Below are positions 49,996 to 58,771 of a stretch of DNA of 64,000 nt, piece after piece; positions within the stretch are counted from its first letter, which is position 1; the number at the start of each line of letters is the position of its first letter. This stretch comes from an uncultured bacterium. GTDB taxonomy: Bacteria; Oederibacteriota; JAAXVQ01; JAUVAV01. Position numbers and translations under genes: made by a program. The notes below the pieces were generated by a model that was not told the origin of the DNA, did no database searches, and saw only the letters and a list, made by a program, of their open reading frames with translations. Where the stretch lies: NCBI GenBank assembly GCA_963710755.1, contig CAVQBK010000003.1, positions 1,152,001-1,216,000 of the forward strand, given 5' to 3'.

Positions 49996-50361
49996 GTGCA
50001 GCAAGTGGCCATGAAATTCAAACATAACGGTGATGTCACCATTATCAATATTTTGGGTGATGTTGACATGGAAGAAGTTGTTCAGCTTCGCAATGCTATC
50101 TCCACCATGGTGCATGAGGAGCATTATCAACTGGTGCTTGACCTATCCAAGGTCCAACACATCAATGCCACAGGCTTGGGTATCATGGCGGAAAGTTTAA
50201 AAAAACTGCGCGCTGTGCACGGAGATCTTCGCCTCGCCCATCTTAACCCTTATATACAACAAGTATTCAACTTGACCGACATGACGCGACATTTTCGCAT
50301 TTATGCCCGACGCCAGGATGCCATCCAAAGCTACCATGCCTTGACTTACGCTGCCGCGTGA
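49996..50361 (+). CDS. STAS-domain (anti-sigma antagonist-like) protein
   Basis: GDVD, LVLDLSKV.HINATGLG, GDLRLA.LNP.I.QVF; start may be ATG 50011. Confidence 0.85.
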   Translation: MQQVAMKFKHNGDVTIINILGDVDMEEVVQLRNAISTMVHEEHYQLVLDLSKVQHINATGLGIMAESLKKLRAVHGDLRLAHLNPYIQQVFNLTDMTRHFRIYARRQDAIQSYHALTYAAA

Positions 50362-51248
50362 GGTTGATGCGACACCAACCGGTTTTATTAAAAGAGACCA
50401 TCCAATTATTGGCACCGGAAAGCCAAGGCTGGTGGATCGATGCCACTGTGGGTGGTGGTGGCCACACCGAAGCGCTGCTCCAAGCCACCGCCCCAGCAGG
50501 CAAGGTTCTGGGTATTGACCGGGACAAAGGTGTGTTGACTCAAACCGCGAAACGTCTGGCTTCGTATGGATCGCGGCTGATTTTGGCTCACGGCAATTAC
50601 TGTGATATGGAAAAAATAGCTTATGACCATGGCGTATCTTCGGTCAAAGGCATTTTGATGGATTTGGGGGTTTCATCTTTTCAACTGGAGGAGCAGACGC
50701 GGGGATTTTCGTTTCAACACAACGGGCCGTTGGATATGCGCATGGACCAGTCCCAGCCCATTACAGCGGAGAGCATCATTAATCATGCTGATGAAAAAAC
50801 CCTGGCCGATCTATTTTATACCTACGGCGAGGAGCGACGTTCCCGGCAATTGGCGCATCTGATTGTGCGCCACCGGCCGCTCAACGATACAGCCGAGCTG
50901 GCCGCCCTGGCCAAAAGAGCTGTAGGTCCAAGCGGCAAAATACATCCGGCTACCAGAGCGTTCCAAGCCTTGCGTATAGCCGTTAACGATGAATTGGGCT
51001 CCCTGGAAAAGGGGCTGGTCGCGGCGGAAAAGATGATCACAGTGGGTGGACATTTGGTAGTGATTTCCTTTCACTCGCTGGAGGATAGAATCGTCAAGCA
51101 ATGGTTGCGCCGTCCGGCATGGGAAAGAACCATTAAAAAAATAGTCCTGCCCAGCGATGAAGAACTTATGCAAAATCCGCGTGCCCGCAGTGCCAAATGC
51201 CGGGCCGCTAAACGAATCGAAATGGTGGAACACACCAAGGGCAGGTAA
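50358..51248 (+). CDS. rsmH: 16S rRNA m4C1402 methyltransferase
   Basis: HQPVLL, DATVGGGGH, DLGVSSFQL, FHSLEDRIVK, NPRARSAK. Confidence 0.97.
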   Translation: MRLMRHQPVLLKETIQLLAPESQGWWIDATVGGGGHTEALLQATAPAGKVLGIDRDKGVLTQTAKRLASYGSRLILAHGNYCDMEKIAYDHGVSSVKGILMDLGVSSFQLEEQTRGFSFQHNGPLDMRMDQSQPITAESIINHADEKTLADLFYTYGEERRSRQLAHLIVRHRPLNDTAELAALAKRAVGPSGKIHPATRAFQALRIAVNDELGSLEKGLVAAEKMITVGGHLVVISFHSLEDRIVKQWLRRPAWERTIKKIVLPSDEELMQNPRARSAKCRAAKRIEMVEHTKGR

Positions 51249-51302
51249 TACCGGCACCTATTAGGAACAGCAAGTCAGCATGTCAGACTAAAGAAGGTCA
51301 GC

Positions 51303-51746
51303 ATGGCGGGGAACAGCTTAACCGGGAAATTGGACAAGGATTTTGTCACCATCTATTTTATGGCAGGACAAAAAACGGACCGGAAAATTGCCGTGCGCCG
51401 GCTCCCCCTGATTCTGGGTATTTTGGGTATGCTCTTTGCCGTGATTTTTTTAAGGGTCTGGCAGGAAATGCAGGTGGTTAAATTAGGTTACCACCTTAAT
51501 CAGATCAAGGTGCAGGTCAATCAAGCCTTGGACGAACAACGCATTTTACTCAGTCAACGCAATAGCCTTGCCAGTTTGGAAAGAATCGAATATATTGCGC
51601 GCCAAGAAATGGGATTGATAACACCAGTGGGGGAACAACTTATATTTTTAAGCGATCCGGCCATGGACGAAAAGCATCATCCTTGGGATCTGTGGCAATG
51701 GCTGAGCCGGTTGTTGCCGGAAACGACCATGAGCAGGGGCAAATAA
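51303..51746 (+). CDS. ftsL: cell division protein FtsL
   Basis: One TM helix plus coiled coil, 'SLERIEYIARQEMGL'; located between rsmH and ftsI. Confidence 0.85.
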   Translation: MAGNSLTGKLDKDFVTIYFMAGQKTDRKIAVRRLPLILGILGMLFAVIFLRVWQEMQVVKLGYHLNQIKVQVNQALDEQRILLSQRNSLASLERIEYIARQEMGLITPVGEQLIFLSDPAMDEKHHPWDLWQWLSRLLPETTMSRGK

Positions 51747-51839
51747 TAATTTGCCCCTGCAGGGGAACAGTGTCGTCGGCGACCAGGCAGGGTATTGAAA
51801 AAAACGTTGCAGGGAACAGTCCCGACCGTTGTTCCCTGC
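51733..51839. repeat. pair of REP-like palindromes (BIME-like)
   Basis: GCAGGGGCAAAT-aata-ATTTGCCCCTGC (51733-51760) and GCAGGGAACA...TGTTCCCTGC (51809-51839). Confidence 0.65.
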
Positions 51840-51864
51840 CGGCGTCGTAAAAGGAGGCTGGTGG

Positions 51865-54027
51865 GTGAAAGGCGCCAAGCGGGAACCACAAGCGAATATC
51901 ATTGATCGCCGCATGCCTTTGCTGCTGACGGGTATGGTGGTGCTTTTTGTGGTTTTGACCTTCCGGCTTTTTTTTATTCAAATTATACAGCACCAGCACT
52001 TGACGACCTTGGCTTTGAAACAGCAGGAAAGGACCGTCCAGATTCAGCCGGCGCGGGGCAATATCTATGACCGCCATGGCCAGCCCTTGGCCCTCAATCG
52101 TCATGTCACCAGTTTTTTTGCCGTGCCGGCTGAGGTGAGCCGGCCGGTGCAAACCGCCAGGCAACTGGGCGCCTTATTGGGGATTTCTCCGCAACGATTG
52201 TCAAGACGGTTTAAGAGTAAAAAAGCTTTTGTTTGGATTAAACGCAAGGTCTCTGATGATGTGGCCGCACGGGTGGAAAAATTAAATTGTCCGGGCATTA
52301 AAAGCCTGCAAGAAACCAAACGGGTTTATCCGGAAGGTTCCCTGGCCAGTCATGTATTGGGTTTTGTAGGTCTCGATAACCAGGGCTTGGCGGGCATTGA
52401 GCTGACCTATGACCGCATGATCCGTGGAGAACAGGGATGGGTACGGATCAACCGGGATGCCAAAGGCCGTCAAGTACCGGCCTCGGCGCGTATCTACAAG
52501 GCCCCGGAACCGGGTAAGGATATCTATTTAACCATCGACAAGGTGGTACAGCATATTGCTGAAGAAGCCCTGGCGCAGGGGATGGAAAAATGCCAGGCCC
52601 AACACGGGTCGGTGGTGGTGATCAATCCCACGACCGGCGAAATACTGGCCATGGCCAATAAACCGGATTTTGATCCCAACCGGTTCAATCAATTTTCTGC
52701 GGCCGCGCGCCGCAACCGGGCCATCACGGATGTTTATGAACCGGGTTCCACGTTTAAGATCGTGACGGCTTCCGCTGCTTTGGAAGAAGGGGTGCTGCGG
52801 GAGAATTCCATTATCGATTGCGGTGAAGGCAAGGGTGTTTTTCATGGCACCATAATCCGTGACCATGAACCTCACGGCAAACTGACTTTCCGTGATGTCA
52901 TTGTTTTTTCCAGCAATGTGGGAGCGGTTAAAATCGGCATGCGCTTAGGCGGAGATAAGCTATTTAGTTACACCCGCCATTTTGGGTTCGGCAAGCCTAC
53001 TGGTGTTGAATTGCCCGGTGAGGCGCAAGGCTTGCTGCAACCGCTCAAAGCTTGGAAAACCTGGAAAGCTATTTCCACACCTTTTGGCCAGGGCGTGGCG
53101 GTCACGACGCTGCAGATGGCCATGGCTGTGGCCGCGGTGGCCAACAATGGCCGGTTAATGCGGCCGCGGTTGGTGGAAGAAATCCGGAACGGCGATGGGT
53201 TGGTGGTGTTGAAGTCCAAACCCGAAGCTAGACGTCAGGTGATTTCGGCGGCCACGGCCCGGAAAGTACGCAGCTTTTTATACGACGTGGTGCAGCGGGG
53301 CACAGGTGAGGATGCAGCCATACCCCTTTATCAGGTAGCCGGTAAAACCGGTACGGCCCAGAAGCCCAGAAAAAATGGCCGCGGTTATGATCCGGTTTAT
53401 CATGTGGGCTCTTTTATTGGTTTTTTTCCGGCGGACCATCCCCAGGTATTGGTTTCGGTGGTGATCGATTCACCTAAAACCGTGCAATGGGGCGGGTTGG
53501 TGGCGGGTCCCATCTTTAAGCATGTGGGAGAGCAGGTGTTGGCCTATTTAGGCATTCCGCCGGGACCTGAAAAAGTGGTAACACTGGCCGCCACCCATGC
53601 ACCTTTAGCGGGGGAGAAAGTGGCGGGCTTAAAGGCCGTGCCGGACTGCAGGTTTCAATCCCTTAGTGCCTCGAAGAGAAAATTGACCGGCCAAGGATTT
53701 AAGGTGATTGCTTTGGGCCAAGGTCAACAAGTGGCACGACAACGGCCAGGCGCAGGGGCTTTAATCAATCCCCATTCACCGGTCATTTTATACCTGACCA
53801 AAGATGAGCAAACTGTGGCACCGCCCACGGCGTTTAAGCAAGTGGTCATGCCTAATTTAAATGGACAAAGCATGCGCGATGCCATTCAGATCATGGCCGC
53901 CTATGGCCTGAAAGCCCGGATAACCGGCAGTGGTGTAGTGGAATCGCAAAAACCACTGGCCTATGCCAAGGTCAGTCTGGGCGAGGCTTGTATTATCAAT
54001 TGTCAAGATCCAGAAAAGGTGGAATAA
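51865..54027 (+). CDS. ftsI: class B penicillin-binding protein FtsI with PASTA domains
   Basis: RGNIYDR, EPGSTFK, SSN, KTGTAQ, C-terminal PASTA repeats; GGAGG before GTG 51865. Confidence 0.95.
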   Translation: MKGAKREPQANIIDRRMPLLLTGMVVLFVVLTFRLFFIQIIQHQHLTTLALKQQERTVQIQPARGNIYDRHGQPLALNRHVTSFFAVPAEVSRPVQTARQLGALLGISPQRLSRRFKSKKAFVWIKRKVSDDVAARVEKLNCPGIKSLQETKRVYPEGSLASHVLGFVGLDNQGLAGIELTYDRMIRGEQGWVRINRDAKGRQVPASARIYKAPEPGKDIYLTIDKVVQHIAEEALAQGMEKCQAQHGSVVVINPTTGEILAMANKPDFDPNRFNQFSAAARRNRAITDVYEPGSTFKIVTASAALEEGVLRENSIIDCGEGKGVFHGTIIRDHEPHGKLTFRDVIVFSSNVGAVKIGMRLGGDKLFSYTRHFGFGKPTGVELPGEAQGLLQPLKAWKTWKAISTPFGQGVAVTTLQMAMAVAAVANNGRLMRPRLVEEIRNGDGLVVLKSKPEARRQVISAATARKVRSFLYDVVQRGTGEDAAIPLYQVAGKTGTAQKPRKNGRGYDPVYHVGSFIGFFPADHPQVLVSVVIDSPKTVQWGGLVAGPIFKHVGEQVLAYLGIPPGPEKVVTLAATHAPLAGEKVAGLKAVPDCRFQSLSASKRKLTGQGFKVIALGQGQQVARQRPGAGALINPHSPVILYLTKDEQTVAPPTAFKQVVMPNLNGQSMRDAIQIMAAYGLKARITGSGVVESQKPLAYAKVSLGEACIINCQDPEKVE

Positions 54028-55565
54028 TGCAAATTCCCGTATCCCTGATAGCGGCCAGCATTGAGGGCGCCCTGTTGCAAGGCAAACGGCCTATGTTAAT
54101 TAGGCGTTTAATTGCCGACTCCCGTCAAATAAAATCCGGTGATCTTTTTGTATGTCTGCACGGCCAGCATCATGATGGTCATCAATATATTGACGAGGCC
54201 ATCCGCAGGGGGGCCTCGGCCATTTTGTTGGAACGACCCATCACCCATCCCAATCTGGATAACCTGGCCGTTATCAAGGTGGGCGACGTAAACCAAGTTA
54301 TTAAAAAACTGGCGCCCCGTTTCTATAATTATCCTTCTCAGCAGCTTCGCTTGGTCGGGGTGACCGGCACCAATGGCAAAACCAGCATTACCCACATGGT
54401 GCGCGCCATCTGGGAAAGCCATCTCAAAGGCAAACGTAAAATTAGCCGGGTGGGCATTATCGGTACCATCCAACATGACATTGCCGGTGTTATCGTACCG
54501 GCTGCCAATACCACACCCATGGCCTGGGATATTCAGCGTCTTTTGGGTGATATGGTGGAACGCAAATGCCAGCTGGCGGTTATGGAAGTATCTTCCCACG
54601 CCTTGATGGAGAATCGGGTGCAGGACTGTGATTTTGATATTGCTGTTTTTACCAACTTGACCCGTGAACATCTCGATTACCACGGTACCATGGACCACTA
54701 TGCTGCCGCCAAACGGCGTCTGTTTACTCACTTGGTCGAACCGGGACAATCTAAAAAAGATAAACTGGCCGTGGTCAACGGCGACGATCCCTATGGACCG
54801 CGCATGGCCAAAGCCGCCAAGGGTGCCCGCATCGTTACCTATGGATTTGATCCGGGGTGCGATCTGACGGCCCAAAAGGCAGTGGTCAGTATGAAGGGGA
54901 CGTCTTTTGAGCTGCAAGCAGGCAAGGACAAAGTACCTGTACAGTTGAAACTCATTGGCCGGCACAATATTTACAATGCCTTGGCCGCGGCGGCGGTGGG
55001 CCTGGGGTTGGGCGTCAAACTACCGGCCATTAAAAAAGGTCTGGAAAGCGTAACCGTTATTCCGGGTCGCATGGAACCTATTACCACTACCCAACGGTTT
55101 TTAGTGCTCGTTGATTATGCTCACACACCGGATGCCTTGAAACAAGTGCTGACGACTTGCCGGGAACTAACCAATAAAAAATTGACCGTGGTCTTTGGTT
55201 GTGGTGGTGACCGCGATGCCAGTAAACGCGGCCCCATGGGCGCCATTGCTGCCGGACTGGCGGATCGGATCACGATCACCAACGACAATCCCCGCCAGGA
55301 AGACCCGGAAGTTATCATCAAGCAGATTCTGGACGGTATCCCCAGGGACAGGGTCGCGGAGCTGAAAGCTGTGCAGGCTTTGGTCGTGGAACCTGACCGG
55401 GCTAAAGCCATTGCCCGGGCGGTAAAGAGCGCCCAATCGGGAGATGTGGTCCTTATCGCCGGCAAAGGTCACGAGTCCTACCAACTATTAAAGGACAAGG
55501 TTATAGAGATGGATGATCGCAAGCTTGCTAAAAAAGCCTTGGGCACCAGACGGCGTTCCCAATGA
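54027..55565 (+). CDS. murE: UDP-MurNAc-dipeptide:meso-DAP ligase
   Basis: GTNGKTS, MEVSSH, DYAHTPD, DNPR (DAP-type), GKGHE. Confidence 0.96.
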   Translation: MQIPVSLIAASIEGALLQGKRPMLIRRLIADSRQIKSGDLFVCLHGQHHDGHQYIDEAIRRGASAILLERPITHPNLDNLAVIKVGDVNQVIKKLAPRFYNYPSQQLRLVGVTGTNGKTSITHMVRAIWESHLKGKRKISRVGIIGTIQHDIAGVIVPAANTTPMAWDIQRLLGDMVERKCQLAVMEVSSHALMENRVQDCDFDIAVFTNLTREHLDYHGTMDHYAAAKRRLFTHLVEPGQSKKDKLAVVNGDDPYGPRMAKAAKGARIVTYGFDPGCDLTAQKAVVSMKGTSFELQAGKDKVPVQLKLIGRHNIYNALAAAAVGLGLGVKLPAIKKGLESVTVIPGRMEPITTTQRFLVLVDYAHTPDALKQVLTTCRELTNKKLTVVFGCGGDRDASKRGPMGAIAAGLADRITITNDNPRQEDPEVIIKQILDGIPRDRVAELKAVQALVVEPDRAKAIARAVKSAQSGDVVLIAGKGHESYQLLKDKVIEMDDRKLAKKALGTRRRSQ

Positions 55566-56935
55566 ATCCTCTACGTCTTGACGCCATTGCCACCGTTGTC
55601 AGCGGCCGCCTGGTCCAGGCCAATGGCCAAACCAGGGTCGAGGATGTGGTGATTGATTCCAGGATGGCCGGTGCGGGATCTTTGTTTGTGGCCCTGCCAG
55701 GCAAACGAGTATCAGGCCGTGATTTTGCCCTTCGCGCTGTGGCGCAGGGGGCAGTCGCCGTCATGGTGGATCAGGTGATAGCCGGGTGTCCCTGCCTGGT
55801 GGTGAAAGATCCCAGGGTTGCACTGGGGCAGTTGGCCAAACACTATCGCAGTCTGCTGAAACGCGTAAAGGTAACAGCCGTCACCGGCAGCAGCGGCAAG
55901 ACGACCGTAAAGGAAATGATCGCCCGGATTTTAAGCAGCCGCACGTCCGTGATGATGAGCCAGGGTAATTACAATAATGATTTGGGCCTGCCCCTGAGCG
56001 TGTTAACCCTGGGGGCCCAACACCGGCGGGCAGTACTGGAGTTGGGGATGAATGCGCCGGGGGAAATTACGGCTCTGGCCAAAATCGCTCAACCGCAAGT
56101 AGCCGTGATTACCAATATTGGTGAAGCTCATATCGGTGGTTTTAAGAATCAACGGGCTTTGGCCAGAGCCAAATTGGAATTGCTGCAGGCGCTGCCATCG
56201 GGCGGTACGGCCGTGCTCAATGCTGATGATCCCTATTTGCGGCCTTGGCTGAAAAAAAGGCCGGTCCTCAGTTTTGGCATGACCTCTGACGCAGACGTGG
56301 TCATTCTCAAAGCCGGCGTGCATTGGAGCGGTACGACGGTGGTTTTAAGGCATGGAAAAAAGCAAGCCACCCTCAAACTTAAAACGTTGGGAGTCCATCA
56401 TGCCTGGAATGCCGCCGCTGCCGTAGCTGCAGCCATGGCCAATGGGGTGGGATTTTTGCCGGCGGCGCAGGCGCTGCATGGGTTTCGACCACAAGCCCGG
56501 ATGCGAACCCAATTAATAAGCTGTGGCCGCATTCAGTTGATCAACGATGCTTATAATTGCAATCCCCAGTCAGCAGCCGCAGCAGTGAATTTGTTGGCGG
56601 AATTGCCGGCCAAGGGACGTAAGATGATCATTCTGGGCGATATGCTGGAATTGGGCGATCAGAGCAGGTCCAGTCATGACCAGTTGGGCAAACTCATCGC
56701 CGCAGCCAAGGGGGACATTTTTATAGGTATCGGCCGGGCGGTTAGAGACGCCGTCGTGGCCGCCAAGAAAGCCGGGCAAAAAGAATGTCACCATTTTAAA
56801 ACAGTGCCGGAAGGCGAAGCTTATTTAAAAACCCTGCCGGCCCAGGATCTGGTGGTCTTGTTAAAAGGATCACGGGCCATGGGGCTGGAAGCCCTGGTGC
56901 CCGGCCTTAAACGGCTGGGCCAAAAGTGGAGGTGA
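55562..56935 (+). CDS. murF: UDP-MurNAc-tripeptide:D-Ala-D-Ala ligase
   Basis: GSSGKTTVKE, NNDLGLP, DAYNCNP, GDMLELG, KGSR. Confidence 0.96.
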   Translation: MNPLRLDAIATVVSGRLVQANGQTRVEDVVIDSRMAGAGSLFVALPGKRVSGRDFALRAVAQGAVAVMVDQVIAGCPCLVVKDPRVALGQLAKHYRSLLKRVKVTAVTGSSGKTTVKEMIARILSSRTSVMMSQGNYNNDLGLPLSVLTLGAQHRRAVLELGMNAPGEITALAKIAQPQVAVITNIGEAHIGGFKNQRALARAKLELLQALPSGGTAVLNADDPYLRPWLKKRPVLSFGMTSDADVVILKAGVHWSGTTVVLRHGKKQATLKLKTLGVHHAWNAAAAVAAAMANGVGFLPAAQALHGFRPQARMRTQLISCGRIQLINDAYNCNPQSAAAAVNLLAELPAKGRKMIILGDMLELGDQSRSSHDQLGKLIAAAKGDIFIGIGRAVRDAVVAAKKAGQKECHHFKTVPEGEAYLKTLPAQDLVVLLKGSRAMGLEALVPGLKRLGQKWR

Positions 56936-56937
56936 GA

Positions 56938-57147
56938 CCTGTTAAGTATTGAATGTTGAATGGGGGGATATCGACGACAAGGCCTACTAACATTAACAAC
57001 GACTAACGTTAGCTTTAGACATCCACACCTTCGTTACCTACGACCTTTAACCGCGATACCGACAACGCCCGCGACCTTACTCTCGCTGCTTGCCATTCCC
57101 ACGACTCCACCAATATCGATACTGTTCAACATTCAATAGTTAACAGG
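56938..57147. mobile_element. 210-bp MITE-like element with 23-bp terminal inverted repeats
   Basis: CCTGTTAAgTATTGAATGTTGAA / TTCAACATTCAATAgTTAACAGG (22/23 match); non-coding C/A-skewed interior. Confidence 0.75.
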
Positions 57148-57346
57148 ACCACAGCGGCCGGGCATTTGGATGCCGTCATGCAAGGCTGAGCAAATGAAGT
57201 AAATGGGCCGCTACGCAGCGACCCATGTTTACAAAATTTATTCCATTTGGGCGATTGAGCATTTAGCGGCTTTATTTACTCAATGTGCTCAATTTGTCTG
57301 AAACTCGAGCAACTCATGGCTCAAGTTTCAAAGGGGGACAAGGCTT

Positions 57347-58432
57347 GTGCTTTATTATTTGTTTTATCCCTGGGCGGATCACTGGACCGTGTTCAATGTT
57401 TTCCGTTACATCACCTTTCGCTCGGTCTATGCGGCCCTGACGGCGTTTTTATTGTGTCTTTTTATTGGCCCTAAGCTAATCGCCATGCTGCGGCGCTATA
57501 AAATTGGCCAGACCATTCGCAGCGACGGGCCTGATGGACACCATAAAAAAGCCGGCACGCCTACTATGGGCGGTCTGATCATCCTGAGTGCTATTTTGAT
57601 CAGCGTTGGGCTTTGGGCCAGGTGGGATCAACCGGCACTGTGGATCGCCTCGGTGTCGCTGCTATGGTTCGGGTTGGTAGGGTTTTGGGATGATTATCTC
57701 AAATTGGTGCGCAAACAATCGGAGGGGCTGATTGCCAGAACGAAATTTTTACTACAGGTTATCGGGAGTATGGTCATCATGCTTTGGATTCTGCAAGCCG
57801 GCAGCGGTTGGGATCAGTTGGCGGCCATAAATATTCCCTTCTTAAAAGGCCCGCTGCAAATGCCGCTGTGGTTGTATATCCCCCTGGGCATGGTGGTGAT
57901 TGTGGGTGCCAGCAATGGGGTCAATCTTACGGACGGTCTGGACGGCTTGGCCATCGGCTCTTTGGCCATGGTGGGGGCTACTTTTGTACTGGTGTGTTAT
58001 GTGGTAACCAATGTCAACTTTGCCAATTACCTGAAAATCATTTTTATTCCAGGCGGCGGGGAGCTGACGGTTTTTTGCAGCGCCATGGTGGGCAGTGCTC
58101 TTGGTTTTTTATGGTTCAATTCCCATCCGGCGGAAATTTTTATGGGCGATACCGGTTCGTTGGCCTTGGGCGGCGTCCTGGGCACCATTGCCGTCCTGAT
58201 CAAACACGAAGTGCTGCTGTTTGTGGTAGGCGGTGTGTTCGTGGCGGAAGTGGTTTCGGTGATTCTTCAGGTCGGCAGTTTTAAATTGACGGGCAAACGT
58301 GTTTTTTTGATGGCCCCGCTGCATCATCATTTTGAACTCAAGGGTTGGTCGGAACAAAAAGTGGTGATACGTTTCTGGATTATTGCCATCATGTTGGCGG
58401 TCATCAGTTTGAGTACCTTGAAGTTGCGTTAG
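57347..58432 (+). CDS. mraY: phospho-N-acetylmuramoyl-pentapeptide transferase
   Basis: GTPTMGG, DDYLK, NLTDGLDGLA, FMGDTGSL, APLHHHFE. Confidence 0.97.
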   Translation: MLYYLFYPWADHWTVFNVFRYITFRSVYAALTAFLLCLFIGPKLIAMLRRYKIGQTIRSDGPDGHHKKAGTPTMGGLIILSAILISVGLWARWDQPALWIASVSLLWFGLVGFWDDYLKLVRKQSEGLIARTKFLLQVIGSMVIMLWILQAGSGWDQLAAINIPFLKGPLQMPLWLYIPLGMVVIVGASNGVNLTDGLDGLAIGSLAMVGATFVLVCYVVTNVNFANYLKIIFIPGGGELTVFCSAMVGSALGFLWFNSHPAEIFMGDTGSLALGGVLGTIAVLIKHEVLLFVVGGVFVAEVVSVILQVGSFKLTGKRVFLMAPLHHHFELKGWSEQKVVIRFWIIAIMLAVISLSTLKLR

Positions 58433-58771
58433 AGTATTTAAAAGCTAGATCTGTCCATATTATGTAGATAAAGTTCTTGATTTGTTCCCCCTGGGGAAGG
58501 GGTTGGGGGATTTTCGAAGTGGTCCATGTGGCCTATCCAAGCGATGCTAGTTAATAGCATCAGATGGTGCCATCATCCGAAAATTCTTCTCTAATCCTCC
58601 TTTCCAAGCAGGACGAGCGGTGATTGTCCGTTACAGGAGTGTATCAATCATAAGGCCGCTGTTGTTTAATCCGGCTTGGCCGGGTTAGCAAAATGCGGCA
58701 GGGTTCCCCAGGCGGAACCTTTACAGAAAAATGGATCCATTTCCGGCAAGTCCGGTTTAAGAAAGGCAGTC

